Made by a program: the position numbers and the translations under genes. A model generated the notes under the pieces. That model was not told the origin of the DNA. It worked only from the letters and a program-made list of their open reading frames with translations, and did not search any database. A stretch of 64,000 bases of DNA. Origin: a virus. The DNA is taken from IMG/VR virus record IMGVR_UViG_3300025108_000031, positions 4,282-68,281 of that record, one strand, 5' to 3'. Positions 21,901-33,161 of this stretch are shown in pieces; the stretch's first letter is position 1; every line of letters begins with the position of its first letter.

Positions 21901-24379
21901 TGGAAGTTATTCTGGAGATGTATTTAGAAGTTTTAAATCGAACGCAAATCACGACTTCGGAATCGTTTATTACGACGAGAGAGGAAGGCATGGATTCGTT
22001 AATTATTTGACTAACGTCTTTGTCCCTGGTTTATCTTCTCAGGACAGGCCAGAAGGATCTCAAGGAGGCCCATCATCGATTGCCCTATCTATACAGCACG
22101 AACCGCCTAGTTGGGCTCATTACTTCAAGATAGTTTATGGGGGTAACTCCACCATAGACAATTTCATACAGTACTCCGTACCCAATGCTTATGTAAGAAG
22201 ATTCTCTGAAGAAGTAGAATCCACAGAGAGAAACAACTTGTATGTTTCTTTGAACTACTTGCAGGGAAATGAAATATCCTACACTAGTTCATTCGGGGCT
22301 AAGAATGTTGCTGGGGGGTTGAATATGTACAGTTACAAAGAAGGGGATAAGCTAAGAGTAATATCTTACGGGCAGGAAGACTCAAGGATATACGCATCTT
22401 CATTGTATGAGTTTGACGTAATAGGTTTAGTTGACCTAGCTGTACCACAAGAAGGAGAGGAGTATAGTGTGATACTTGAAGACCAAGAGGAGGATTCTTC
22501 GACGATATCATCAAGAACTCAAGGTCAATTCCTTGTACTAAGGGACAACCCAGAAGCTACGGGATTATCTTATCAGTCCGTTAGCTCAGGATCAAGCAGT
22601 TGGTCTGAGAACTGCATAGTGGAGATTTACTCCCCCTCTAAAAATATGGAGGAGGAAGAGAAGTTTTACTACGAGATGGGGAACACATATCGGATTGCTA
22701 CATTTGATGGTAACCTCGTTCACTCCCCCTCTACTATTGTTTTAAATAAAGGTGATATATGGTTCAGGAAGGTTGCCGTTAATTTAAAGAATGTTGAAGG
22801 CTCAGAGTTTGTTGACTTAATAACTTCTGATAACACTAGCAACCTTGGAGCTGCGTCTAATTTTGAAAGCATATTTTTAGAGTCTAACACAGCGACTGAC
22901 ATTAACAGGGGTGACTTCAAAGGTTTTGGGAGGCCTAATGTAATAGGTAAGAGCGCAAAGGAATCCAGAAGAGAGGCTTCAGTAACTTATTCTGACAAGA
23001 GTAATCCTGAGTCTTCAAGACCTAGGTTTACCTCATTCAATATTAACTCCATCAATTACAATGACTATGATTACAACCAGGGTGAAATAAACTATATGTC
23101 TACATCTTCTGGTTACCTGACTTTGATGCAGGACTCTAGGATCTCTTTAATACCTTTATCTAAGAATGTAATATCAGACGCCTCTGGGGGTAGTAATATC
23201 ATATCATCTAATATTGTTTTAGGTGAGGCAATAGCTCAGGCAGGATTTAAGGGTTGTGACTCAGCTGAGTCTGTTGTTGTGAATGACGACACCATATACT
23301 ATGCTAACAAGAGGCATGGTAATGTTTACACTTACAATCGATCTCAAGGACTCAGAAATATATCTGATGGAGCGGTAGAGTCGGCTATATCGTCTGAGAT
23401 TAAAAGAATATCATCTGACTCAGGAGCTCTTAAGATGATAGGGGGTTATGATCCACTTAAGGATGAGTACCTATTAACTATTATTCGTCTGAATGAAGTC
23501 CCCACAACCGACTTTGAGATTGTTAGTCAGCCATCTCCAGGCGCTGATATTGCAATCACGGGGCCTATAGTGGATCCTGAACTTGAGGATGCGTTAAACG
23601 TAACTGGATTTCAGGTCTTTGTAGATACAGACGGTGATGGCGTTATAGGTCTTAACGAGTTTCTACAGCAAGGAGACATAGCAACTGACATACCAATACT
23701 TAACCCTGGTCAAGTTGCCGTTACAGCTAGCTTTGATGGACTTGAAGACCTGGCGGGTCAGATAAACACGACCGATCAGAATGAAATAAATCAAGCCTTA
23801 TTCAATATAGGTCAAAACATAAATCTTCTTGTTGATGACACTTCTTTACCTCTAACTCCAGATGATATATTAGAGGGTGTAGTCTCTGAGTATATAGGGT
23901 CTCAAGGTATTGATATAACAAGCCCAGCTGGTGTCACTGCATTTATTGATGCGGCTGGTTTATCAGAGGCAAATCTGTCTACTGGCGATGAGGGTGACGG
24001 AACTGGAGAAGCTGGGTTCAATATACTGTCAAACTATGATCTAGCAGCTCAATTAACTCAGAACGGTCTCGATGGATGGACGGTTCCCTCTTCAATGGAT
24101 GGTGTTAATAACCAGTTCACTGCCAGCGAATACAGAAGTCTTTTGGGAGCGATTGGACCTTCAGCAAGTCTTGTCAGTGACTTAAACCGTGACGGGATTG
24201 TAGGTACATCTGACCTTCTAATGCTTTTGACTGCATTTGGATTCCCTATAAGCACCAACCTTGTACAGGCATTAGAGGAAGCGGATGCGGCTAACATACC
24301 TCCATTCGATGGAGGTGACGTTCAGTCAACTGATGAAGGGGACAATACAGACGAAGACGAAACAAACGGAGCATTATAA
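18977..24379 (+). CDS. Tail stabilisation/nozzle protein (crAss muzzle / P22 gp10-like) with C-terminal dockerin-like motif
   Basis: FFTDNxNEPRKIN, NRLMYGNY, SFKSNANHDFGIVYYDERGR and GGYDPxxDEY motifs. Confidence 0.7.
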   Translation: MPIDKIIPRKLNTDIDGKLIDKSSMIDALNLYSSSDEGGNIGVLKNIKGNTEINQSTPFGAESRVLGSVIDQKTNICYFFVSSSTGSDHGIWAYDPEDKLSGQRDQPYVRLIYKSKQFNFPSNGFVKGDVVHINKQTFPDTHGDEFDKDAVIFFTDNKNEPRKINAYRAYEAQENIYGNSYAEADFITACPKVPLDPISFSFTKDNNRKVSNFKGTSGFQFAYQHIYIDGFESAVSVYSDVAFPPSVIQQGALTYGSHDSYNLCNLIIPKPGPEIEFIKILAREGEGSSFLEIEEIKRSDLFGVNDQYVGVYPFYNDKLARAFPESDIDKQFDSVPRKAKAQTVAENRLMYGNYFDGFDSVNVECQGQVIYRQRPLDGVDFTVSSNSFIGVHEEQLNGSSGAKRKSVGFTIDTSSLPDSVPPGAGISININMTPDRNWHIYNSDNSYHQSALIGEYDQSLSSSYNYNEFNNNSANYSEQSANDSGASYLRGVNNAEKVLLFSGENEGIVDENSSGLRWKKKYNASSGQSANETLFARIGTSAANPIILRGGSLVFNVGFTLSQGVSSGFDGITATTIKEIITGLEYSELTYKDFILEESIVQDTTSTLNHNLPISNHTIIPQAYIGQTNTAPDLSRMIMAVLQGGAGFDVDKAPIGYVIFKEATAKFGISSFDDSDTNIESSTKKGFRLSLLSLTDVKPMSCYKNLLRSSSAVQGVPAGSIPFLNTWGVIDPSVEFMNEDGTVIDFNLDDHMSYYGGDFTAATLNIDESTSDSNFLLAPGAGYKNIIGYLTENGPTKIDILTEGDENSGGVACIFDGKGGPGGGPSRDSVSGNSYDDYRLDQQGSIPFCTPFVKDINTLKSTIHAISSWGSLNQGDWNTQISHSVSPMFSGRIGLTSYSSFPLGSIPGGNDFRPTVLPLLQNARPINVYEIDDNTVGSISYPVPFEHDDLPGALSPFSVNFSLLQFLAPSFLNVSGSYSGDVFRSFKSNANHDFGIVYYDERGRHGFVNYLTNVFVPGLSSQDRPEGSQGGPSSIALSIQHEPPSWAHYFKIVYGGNSTIDNFIQYSVPNAYVRRFSEEVESTERNNLYVSLNYLQGNEISYTSSFGAKNVAGGLNMYSYKEGDKLRVISYGQEDSRIYASSLYEFDVIGLVDLAVPQEGEEYSVILEDQEEDSSTISSRTQGQFLVLRDNPEATGLSYQSVSSGSSSWSENCIVEIYSPSKNMEEEEKFYYEMGNTYRIATFDGNLVHSPSTIVLNKGDIWFRKVAVNLKNVEGSEFVDLITSDNTSNLGAASNFESIFLESNTATDINRGDFKGFGRPNVIGKSAKESRREASVTYSDKSNPESSRPRFTSFNINSINYNDYDYNQGEINYMSTSSGYLTLMQDSRISLIPLSKNVISDASGGSNIISSNIVLGEAIAQAGFKGCDSAESVVVNDDTIYYANKRHGNVYTYNRSQGLRNISDGAVESAISSEIKRISSDSGALKMIGGYDPLKDEYLLTIIRLNEVPTTDFEIVSQPSPGADIAITGPIVDPELEDALNVTGFQVFVDTDGDGVIGLNEFLQQGDIATDIPILNPGQVAVTASFDGLEDLAGQINTTDQNEINQALFNIGQNINLLVDDTSLPLTPDDILEGVVSEYIGSQGIDITSPAGVTAFIDAAGLSEANLSTGDEGDGTGEAGFNILSNYDLAAQLTQNGLDGWTVPSSMDGVNNQFTASEYRSLLGAIGPSASLVSDLNRDGIVGTSDLLMLLTAFGFPISTNLVQALEEADAANIPPFDGGDVQSTDEGDNTDEDETNGAL

Positions 24380-25401
24380 TGACTATAGCCTATTCAAATA
24401 AGTTTAAGTCCTGGACATCCAAGTACAGCTTTGAGCCTACTTGTTACGCAAGTATAGGTGAAGAGATGATATCATTTAATGATGATGGAGAGTCATGGGT
24501 TCATGACACAAACGAAACCATGTGCGATTTTTATGGGTCTGCTAGTGGGTCATACCTGGAGATATCATCCAATCAGGACCCATCTGCAATCAAGATGTTT
24601 AAGTCTGTTTCTATTGAAACGAATGGGGAGGGGTGGTCAGGAGAGGTCTTTACAAATGATGAGTACGAAGGAAACGAGAAACAAGAGGGTGAGATAAAGA
24701 GTTCCTTCTTTAAAAACAAAGAGGGCTTTAAGTACGCTGAGATGCCTAGGTCTAAGATCAACTCATCTGTTTTTATTCCTGCAGGAAAGTTAGGGGAATT
24801 TTCAGGTTTGGTGGCTGCAGGAACTGATTACGGGCCTTTGTTTGCTGATTTAACAACTCAGTTTGATAGTAATTATTTTATTCCAGGAGATATTGATGTA
24901 ATCGCTTCCATCGCATCAGGGGATGCTGTTTCGGAGATTGAGTTTAACTTACCTGGCTCTTTTATGCCAGATTTCATTCAACCAAACACTAACGTGTCAT
25001 ATATTGACGAAGATGGTAACACAGAAACACTTGATAAAATTAAGTTCGTAAGGGCAAGTAAGGACGAACTGACTCTTTCCTGTAGGATTACCCCTTCTGG
25101 AGAATCCGACGATAACAGTTTTGACTTTTTTGATATAGAAGGAGTAATTATCTCTTTAGATTTAGTCAATTATTTAGGTGATAACCTATATGGAATCGAA
25201 GTTGAAGGTGGTGAAGTCACTCTCACCTCTAATAAAGATTTGCTTAGTGTTCAGAATTCAGAGATTAACGGTGATCAGATGAGAGGTCCATACGCTAGAC
25301 TAAGACTCACCACAGAAACCAATAAACCCTTTGAGTTACACGCAATTAATGTAGATTATCAATTCTCTAAGCTGGATAGTCGTTTAAATCAAAATTCTTA
25401 A
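24379..25401 (+). CDS. Tail protein resembling the C-terminal part of the stabilisation protein
   Basis: TIAYS....WTSxYSFxP, KxFKSxSIE and NGDQMRGPY motifs; TAATG coupling. Confidence 0.6.
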   Translation: MTIAYSNKFKSWTSKYSFEPTCYASIGEEMISFNDDGESWVHDTNETMCDFYGSASGSYLEISSNQDPSAIKMFKSVSIETNGEGWSGEVFTNDEYEGNEKQEGEIKSSFFKNKEGFKYAEMPRSKINSSVFIPAGKLGEFSGLVAAGTDYGPLFADLTTQFDSNYFIPGDIDVIASIASGDAVSEIEFNLPGSFMPDFIQPNTNVSYIDEDGNTETLDKIKFVRASKDELTLSCRITPSGESDDNSFDFFDIEGVIISLDLVNYLGDNLYGIEVEGGEVTLTSNKDLLSVQNSEINGDQMRGPYARLRLTTETNKPFELHAINVDYQFSKLDSRLNQNS

Positions 25402-25406
25402 ATTTG
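25399..25406 (+). promoter_or_regulatory. -7 element TAAATTTG
   Basis: TAnnTTTG 6 nt before the ATG at 25412. Confidence 0.55.
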
Positions 25407-25411
25407 CAGAT

Positions 25412-26320
25412 ATGCCATACGCAGGACAAATAGCAGGAACAATAGCAGCCTTAGGTGCTGGATTCTTAGATAACAGACAAAGAAACAAAATGCTGGCTTC
25501 TCAGAGAGAAGATTTAGCTGGTGCGGAAGTAGACTATGATAAGTCCATGGCTGCCCTTGCTAAGCAGCAGTATGGCACTACTCAGAAGCAGAGAGACATA
25601 GCTCAGATAATGCAGAGGCCTACAGACCTTAGCCCACTTCAGGCAAAACAAGCACAGCTTTTGGATGTAGCTGGACAGTCTGGTGACAGGGCTTTGATGG
25701 CAATGGTTCCACAAGCTGATGTTACTGGACAGATACTTGCAGCACAAAGGCAAGATGTGCAGAACGAGCTTGCTGGTAAGAGCTACTTAGCTGGAGCTGA
25801 GAAACAGGCTATTGATCAGAATATAGGGTTACGAAGACAGGAGGGAATGATGGCTCAACAGCTTGCTGGTCAAAACCTTATGAGTGCTGGTCAAAACCTT
25901 GCAGAAACAGAAGCTTCCAATCCTTTTGCCGACGCATTAGGTAACGTAGCTAGTATATGGGCGTCAGCACCAACACCAACACCAACTGGTAAAAACGGAG
26001 GTGTCATTGATCGTATACTTGCCGAGGGGGGTAAGCCTATAGTTCAAAAGCTAGAGGGCCCTGAGGATCACGACAAAAAGAAGTACGCTATCATGGAGGA
26101 CGGGGCTGTACTTGATGAAGATAACGGAGAGAAGGTAGCTGAAGCTACTGGGCAAGAGTATATCTTGAACTCGGATCAAGCAGGCACTATACATAGTGAG
26201 TATGATATGATAGCTCAGAAGATTAAGAATGGCGAAGAGGTAAGTCAGGACGAGTGGATGAAATTCTACGGTGCTGTTGATGAGGTGTTTAGCCAACCAC
26301 AATTTAACGAAACAGCCTAA
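25412..26320 (+). CDS. Putative internal virion/ejection protein
   Basis: A/G/Q-rich helical protein with hydrophobic N-terminus, located after the tail genes. Confidence 0.55.
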   Translation: MPYAGQIAGTIAALGAGFLDNRQRNKMLASQREDLAGAEVDYDKSMAALAKQQYGTTQKQRDIAQIMQRPTDLSPLQAKQAQLLDVAGQSGDRALMAMVPQADVTGQILAAQRQDVQNELAGKSYLAGAEKQAIDQNIGLRRQEGMMAQQLAGQNLMSAGQNLAETEASNPFADALGNVASIWASAPTPTPTGKNGGVIDRILAEGGKPIVQKLEGPEDHDKKKYAIMEDGAVLDEDNGEKVAEATGQEYILNSDQAGTIHSEYDMIAQKIKNGEEVSQDEWMKFYGAVDEVFSQPQFNETA

Positions 26321-28239
26321 TGGCAAAGTTTATAGCTAGGAATCCAACAAAGCAAAGCTACAGTGATGCTATAGCTAAGGCGATACCTATTTTTGCTCAA
26401 TCTCAGCAGATGAAGGTTCAGCAAGCAGCTCAGGATGCAAGACTTCAAGAGCAGATGAACTTTCAGCGAGAGCAAAGGGAGGCTGATCGCGCTCAACGCC
26501 TTGGTATTGAATATGCAAAGCAGTCTGCAGCTCAGCAAAAAGCACAACGAAAAATCCAAGACGATAGGAATAAAGCTATATACAAGTCTTCTGGTGATGC
26601 CGATAACTGGACTGAGTCACAGCGTAAGGCATTCGATGTGTACGCTAATTACGTTTCTGAAAACAATTTAGGTGATAATCAATCAGATTTTCAGTCTTCT
26701 CTGAGTGAGTTAACTACTCTTGCAGATTTATTTAACAATACCAATGAATCTCTAGAGGGCAAGGAAGAAGAGTTTACGGGGTACACCGTTGAGCCTGATT
26801 CCTATAGGAGTGACACTATGTATTTTGGTGCTGGAGAGGAACAACTCAATGCTTACAATTCCATTCGAGCTAAGAGTGGTTTTGATGTTGAAACCTTTGA
26901 TATAGAGGATGGAAAGCCTGTCGCTGATTGGTTAGACGCTAATGGTGATCCTCTATACGTGAATGGTCAGAAGGCAAGAGGTTCAATATATGAATCCCCA
27001 TTCTACTCTGCAGAAAATATTCAAGGGCTTTACAGTATTGAGGCTAACATAAGGGAGAGATCTGACATGCCTGGATCTTCTTATTTGCAGGAAATATCTC
27101 CACTGGTTGAGATGATTGAGTCTGATGATACGCTTACCGTTGATGAAAGAAAGGAAAAGCTTAAAGCTATGCTAAGTAATTCTTTTGGCGATTTAACCAC
27201 GCTGGACGCAAAAGGAAAGAACGCATACTCCACGGCTCTAAAGCAGTACGCTAACAGAAACTACCCTAACAACCCAGGCAAGGAGCTTTCAGATGAGGAC
27301 AAATTAAGTGCTGTGGATTCTTACATAGACGGTATTGTCGGAATGTATCAACCAGAGACAAGCATGATCGAGACGGGTGTACAGGTTCTTGACTACTGGC
27401 AAAAAAGAATTCTACCAGTATGGAATAAGATTAACAGCAATCCTGACTTGACCAAGGATGAAAAGGACGAAAGGCTGTCTATTGCTCTTAATTCATTTAC
27501 ATCAGAAAGCAGTGTAGGGGAAACAGACTTAGATAAGGCGTTTAAAACAACCGCCAGAAAGAGATGGGAGGATGACAACCCTGGGAACCCTGATTACAAT
27601 TTTGATGAGTCAATGGGGGCTCTTAGAGAATCTTTACTTCAAGAGATACCTCCTTTTAGCGAGAAGAAAGCAGAGAAGACTTCAACTGGTAGGGCTCCTA
27701 CGCAGACTCAAATTGCTAAAAACCAAAGAAAACAAGAGGCGTTTAATCAAGTAAGGGAGGTTGAGCCCTGGTCAATGCCTACTGAATTTGACCTAATGGA
27801 CAACCCAACCTATGGTCAGATTAACTTTGACCCTAACGTTGATAATAGCGCTACTATCGCTATAACTGATTTTAACGAGCCGCTTCAGCTCTCTAGCTAC
27901 TTGTCTGATGAATACTCTACTGGAAAAGAGATTAATAAATTCGAAAAGAATGAAGCGGGAGAAACGGTTGCAGTGAAGGTTCCAGGTCCTAGGTTAAATG
28001 TAGAGGCGAAACCTCAAGCCATGACGCTTCTCGATACAGATCAAGGAATTGTAGTCGAGTTAAAGAACTGGACTGGGATAAAGAACGTGTCTGGTGGTCG
28101 AGATATACCACCCATTTACATAGACCCCAAAATCAATAAAGATCTTTATAAAGCTATAGACGCTGAGATACAAAGAACAAGAGGGGTTTCATTTATTGAG
28201 CTTCAGAGAGAATTTGTTAAATCAATAGGAGGGCTATAA
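26320..28239 (+). CDS. Putative internal virion/ejection protein
   Basis: 639 aa with a Q-rich coiled-coil N-terminus. Confidence 0.55.
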   Translation: MAKFIARNPTKQSYSDAIAKAIPIFAQSQQMKVQQAAQDARLQEQMNFQREQREADRAQRLGIEYAKQSAAQQKAQRKIQDDRNKAIYKSSGDADNWTESQRKAFDVYANYVSENNLGDNQSDFQSSLSELTTLADLFNNTNESLEGKEEEFTGYTVEPDSYRSDTMYFGAGEEQLNAYNSIRAKSGFDVETFDIEDGKPVADWLDANGDPLYVNGQKARGSIYESPFYSAENIQGLYSIEANIRERSDMPGSSYLQEISPLVEMIESDDTLTVDERKEKLKAMLSNSFGDLTTLDAKGKNAYSTALKQYANRNYPNNPGKELSDEDKLSAVDSYIDGIVGMYQPETSMIETGVQVLDYWQKRILPVWNKINSNPDLTKDEKDERLSIALNSFTSESSVGETDLDKAFKTTARKRWEDDNPGNPDYNFDESMGALRESLLQEIPPFSEKKAEKTSTGRAPTQTQIAKNQRKQEAFNQVREVEPWSMPTEFDLMDNPTYGQINFDPNVDNSATIAITDFNEPLQLSSYLSDEYSTGKEINKFEKNEAGETVAVKVPGPRLNVEAKPQAMTLLDTDQGIVVELKNWTGIKNVSGGRDIPPIYIDPKINKDLYKAIDAEIQRTRGVSFIELQREFVKSIGGL

Positions 28240-31200
28240 TGAACGATAAGTTTCAACAGGTATATGACTATTTGAATTCAGTTGGATCACTTGCTGAGGG
28301 CAGTACCGCTGAGTCATTTAACGAAAAGTACACTAGCGGGTCTGGAAACATAAACAGACTATACTCACAAGTAGCTTCAGATCCTGACTTCCCTATTGAG
28401 TTTTCTTCAATAGAGCAGTTCCAGACTGATGTTTTTGGAGGCTTAAAAAAAAAGCAGAAACCGAACAGTCTCCTTTGGGGCCTCCTTCGGAAGAGGCTTT
28501 CATGGAGTCTACCTCAAGTACGCCTCAGGATCAACCGTCAGAGAGTGGAGATTCGGATTGGCAAACAGTAGATAGCGGAGTTTTTGGAGTAAAGCAACAG
28601 AAAGGAGACTCCACTAGGTATCAAAGGACTAGATTTACTGCAAGTGGGAAGGGGTTCATGGTTCCTGTGAACTACTATGATTACGGAGAAAATTTTCTTA
28701 AGGGTGATTTCGGAAGCGCCGTCAATAACGTACCTATAATTGGTCAATTCGTTGACAATATGGCTAGAGCTTCTGCATCTGGCTATGCAGCTACAGACAG
28801 TTACAAGAACACTAGATGGGCTTTTAACAATCCATCGGAGGAGTCTGTAGAGGCGTACACTCAAAGTATTAATAAATACGAGAGTGATTTAAATGAGTAC
28901 GGAAAGAGCGAAGAGATGAAAGCTCTTGAGTCCGATATGGCTAAGTATAAGGAAGAGGACGGAGACTGGTTTGGATCCTTTAAAGCTTTGGCGTTAAACC
29001 CACAGGCTGTAATGGAATACATGGTAAACTCTATGGCCGCTATGCCAGAGGCAGGAGTAATAAAAGAAGGGGCAGAGGTTGTGGCTACAGCTGCAGCAGC
29101 TGGCCTTGGAGTGGGCCTTGCTGGAGGGGTTGCTGCCCCAATTACTGTTCCCATTGCTGTGGGGGGTGCTATCGCTAGGTCTATTCCCTTTGCTATGGCA
29201 CGCATGGGAAGAGAGATTGAGGTTATAAACTCTCAAACAGAATTCTTAAAAGAGGAGCTTGAAAAGGCTGGCCTAGAGTTCAATCCAGATGATATACTAA
29301 CTGTATTGACTGATGAGGATAAATACAAGTCGATTAGAAACAGGTCGATAGCCAGGGGTGACGCCATATCTTATGTGGATGCTTTCTTCGGGTCTGTTCT
29401 ATCTGGTGTATTTAGATCTCTAAAGGTTGCAGATAAGATAAGTGATGTAGGGGTGGTTACTGGACAGGCTGCTGCTGATGTAGTTTCTGGAATGGGTGGT
29501 GAGTCTTTGGCTCGGCTTTCTGCCGATCAGGAGATGAGCGCACAAGAAATACTCACGGAGGGATTATCAAGCGGTCCAACTACAGCAACCAATTTAGCCA
29601 CCACTTATATAGGTGTGAAGGCTGAGAAGGCAAGAACCCCAAAGACGCTACCCCCTGGTACTGGGTACTATCTTAATAATGAGCGTGTAGATAAAGAAGA
29701 CTTCTCTGACTTCATAGAGACGGCTACCCCCGAACAGATTCAGGCTGTGCCGCTTTCCGTAAAGAATGACCCAGATATGTCTCAAAGGGTTGAAGAAGTT
29801 ATGGAGCGAAATGCTGTGGAAGCTAACATCGACCCAGATATAACGGGAGAGACAAGAGAACAGCTTATAGAGCTGGAGACTAGACTTATGAGGTTGGATG
29901 GAAAGACAGGTAGATCATCTGAAAGGGCTAGACAACAATATCAAGAAGAGATTGATGCTCTTGTAGAAGGGTACAAGCCAGAAGAAGCAAAGCCAATTGA
30001 TGTTGATGAGTCTTCTCCAGTTTCAGAGGACGCTCAAGTAAGTCAATCAGAGTTAGATGCGCAGCCAATCTCTGAGCAAGACCTGGCTAATCAAGAGAAG
30101 GAAAGAAGAGAGAAGCAAAGAGAATTAAGGCAGAGAGCTAGAGAGGAAGATATATACAGGGGTGAGAAAAGAACCGTGAAAGGCTTTGTGGCTGATGTAC
30201 TCACAGGCAGGACTGGCCTACAGCGTAAGTGGCTTAGTGCTCGTAAGTTCATGCCTCGATCTATGTACAAAGCATATGAGAAAAGAGAGGCTAGGATGGC
30301 GTCTCAGTACAACAACCTAACGAAGACTATAAATAGATTTGAGGAGATGGAAAAATCCATCCCTGAAGCTAACAGGGAGTCGTTTAATTCAGACTTCAAT
30401 ACGTATTTGTCTGGTGGCGAAAGGGGTAGCTTATCAAATGAAGCTGTTACGATGGCTGATGAGATGAGAGCAGAGATAGATAACCTAAGTATGGACTTAA
30501 TCAATTCTGGAGTTGTGAAAGCTTCTAGCGTTGATGCTGTTATATCAAACTTGGGGAGCTACATGAATACAGCTTACAGAAATTTCGAAGGGAAGGAGTG
30601 GAGAACTCAACTGAAGACAGAGGAGGGTCAAGCTATCGTTAATAAAGCTCACAATTTCATTAAGCAATCTAGACCAGACTTAGTCAAGTTAGCTAGAGAG
30701 ACTCACAAAGATCCAGAAGCAAATCCTCAAGGCCTTTCAGAACCTGACTTTCTTGATTACTTAGTAGAAGGAGAAATAAACGCATACTTAAGTGACGAAG
30801 ACAGAGCTTACATAAAAGGTTCGGGTCTTGGCACAGAGAAGGAGGGTATACTAAAACAAAAGAAAGAGCTACCAGTCGAGATACGAGCATTGCTTGGTGA
30901 ATATTCTGATCCTATTCAGAATTATGTAAAGACAATTCACAAGATGACAGCCTTGTCAGAGGCTAGAAAGTTTAACAACACGGTTTCTGAGTCGGGAAAA
31001 GGTGTTTATCTGTTTGACTCACCAAGAGGTGAATTTAGTGAGCAGGTCACTTTAGGTGAAAACACTTTTTACACAACGAAAGAGATAGCTAACGAAGTGT
31101 ATCCAGAAAAAAACACAAGAAGTAAAGCGACTGAGCTAGCGCTTAAATTTGTTGGAGGGGTTAAGTGGGCTAAAACAATAGGATCTATTGGTACTCACGG

Positions 31201-32740
31201 AAAGAACGTGGTAGGTAACTTCGGTTTTATGATTGCTAATGGTCACGCTCACCCATGGAATTTAAAGGGTACAGCTAAAGATGCTTCTAAAGCTTTCGAT
31301 TTGGTGTACAACGATATGAAAGCTCTCTCTAATAAAGAGAAACAAGCTAAACTAAACTACTACATCGAATTAGGTATTGTAAAGCAAAGTGTAGGTATAG
31401 GTGAATTAAGCTACCTGTTTAACGAAGATAAATTCCAAGACGCTGCATCGGCTAGGCTGGATAGTAGCACCAAGAAAAAAATAAAAGGAGCAAAGAAAGG
31501 ATTAGAGAATGCATATCAAGCAGAGGATGACTTCTTTAAGATCATGGCTTTTGAGAGCGAGCAGCGCAGGTACTCTAATGCTAAGTTTGGTGTTGACCCA
31601 TCTCAATTGACAGATCAGCAGCGCACTGAGTTGGACTCGGAAGTTTCGGAGATTGTCAAGAATACATTCCCAACTTACAGTAGAACACCAGAAATAATAA
31701 ACAGAATTAAAGGAATGCCAGTCATGGGGAACTTTGTTTCTTTCCAGGCTGAATCATACAGAACAAGCTGGAATATACTAGCTCTGGCTAACAAAGAGAT
31801 GAAGTCAGATAACCCCTCTGTCAGAGCTATAGGCAGGTCAAGGCTAGCGGGTGTCAGTGAGTACCAGGGAATAAAGACAGCTTTGGTTGGAGGTTCTACG
31901 TTAGCTATAGGCATGGGGGCTCAAGGTGTTATGGGTGCTTTGGCATCTTCAGAGGAGGAGAAGCAAAGAGATGCAGACATCAGAAAGTTTGTTCCATTCT
32001 GGTCTGAAGAGTCTAAGCTATACATGTCCACGTTCTCAGGAGACGGTAAGTTTTCCTATGTAGATTTTTCGGCCTCGGATCCATTCGGAGGTATAGATAA
32101 GGTCGTCGGAGCTGTCTCAAGGGGGGAGACTATAACTGAAGGATTTGGTAATGCTATGGTGGAATTTATAGCGCCATTTACTGGCATGGACATAGCAACT
32201 AGAAGGGCACTTAATCTGTCTGAAAACAGGGATGACTACGGCAAGAAGATATATTTTGATGATGATACCGAAACAGAAAAGATGGAGAAGGCCACACTAT
32301 ACATGATGAGTGTATTCGAGCCAGGTACGGTAACTTCAATGAAAAAGATATACGGATCGGACACCCCTGCTAATGAGTTGGTTGGTCAATTCACTGGCTA
32401 CAAAGAAGTAGATGTAGAGGTTGAGAAATCCTTGTCATACAAACTGCGAGATCATGCAGAAAGCATAAAAGAAGATGCTGGTGTAAGGTATTCAGATTTA
32501 GAGAAAGGCTCTCCGCTGTTCAAGCTTGAATCCTGGGAGAAAGCAAATGATATGCTTCGAAGAAGAGAGCAGCTAATATTTGATGATGTCCAGTCGGCCA
32601 TCAGGCTTGGCGTCCCTGTAGACAACATAGTAGAAACAATGAAGGAAAGAATGGGGATAAGCGAGGACAGAATATTCAGTATCATGAGTGGTCCTGATAG
32701 TTTCATTCCACTGAAAGAACAAAACCCTAAGTATGAGTGA
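28239..32740 (+). CDS. Large internal virion protein, about 1500 aa, joined by a -1 shift at the A9 run (28445-28453)
   Basis: 110 aa ORF (28239-28571) overlaps a 1421 aa ORF in the -1 frame; TTA AAA AAA AAG site; -1 frame is open from the site. Confidence 0.7.
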
Positions 32741-33161
32741 TAAAATAAAAGATACAAAGCTTGGAGAGTGGCTGAGATCTAAAGCTCCAGGCATTTTAAG
32801 CGTAGTAGGGGACCTTCTACCAGATAAAGGGGGGCTTGGTATAGTAAAGAACCTTTTGGACAAGGAGGATGGCGTAGATCCAGCGGAGGCTGCTGCAGTC
32901 GTTCAGGCTGAGGTTGAGTTTCAGAACAATGTTTCTAGACGATGGGAGGCTGACATGGCTAGTGATGTTAAGATTGCTAAGATCATTCGCCCAGCAACAA
33001 TGATCGTACTTATGATATTCTTCATGGTTATGATGCTGTGGGACGGTCTGTCTGAAGAATTTTCGCCCAGAGAGAATTACATATCTTTGTTAGAGATACT
33101 TATGCTGACTGTTTTCGGGGCATACTTTGCGGGTAGAACAATAGAAAAAACTAGGAAATGA
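32733..33161 (+). CDS. Putative holin (3TM-holin-like)
   Basis: RWEADM..D..IRP motif, two hydrophobic helices, AYFAGRTIEK. Confidence 0.7.
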   Translation: MSDKIKDTKLGEWLRSKAPGILSVVGDLLPDKGGLGIVKNLLDKEDGVDPAEAAAVVQAEVEFQNNVSRRWEADMASDVKIAKIIRPATMIVLMIFFMVMMLWDGLSEEFSPRENYISLLEILMLTVFGAYFAGRTIEKTRK

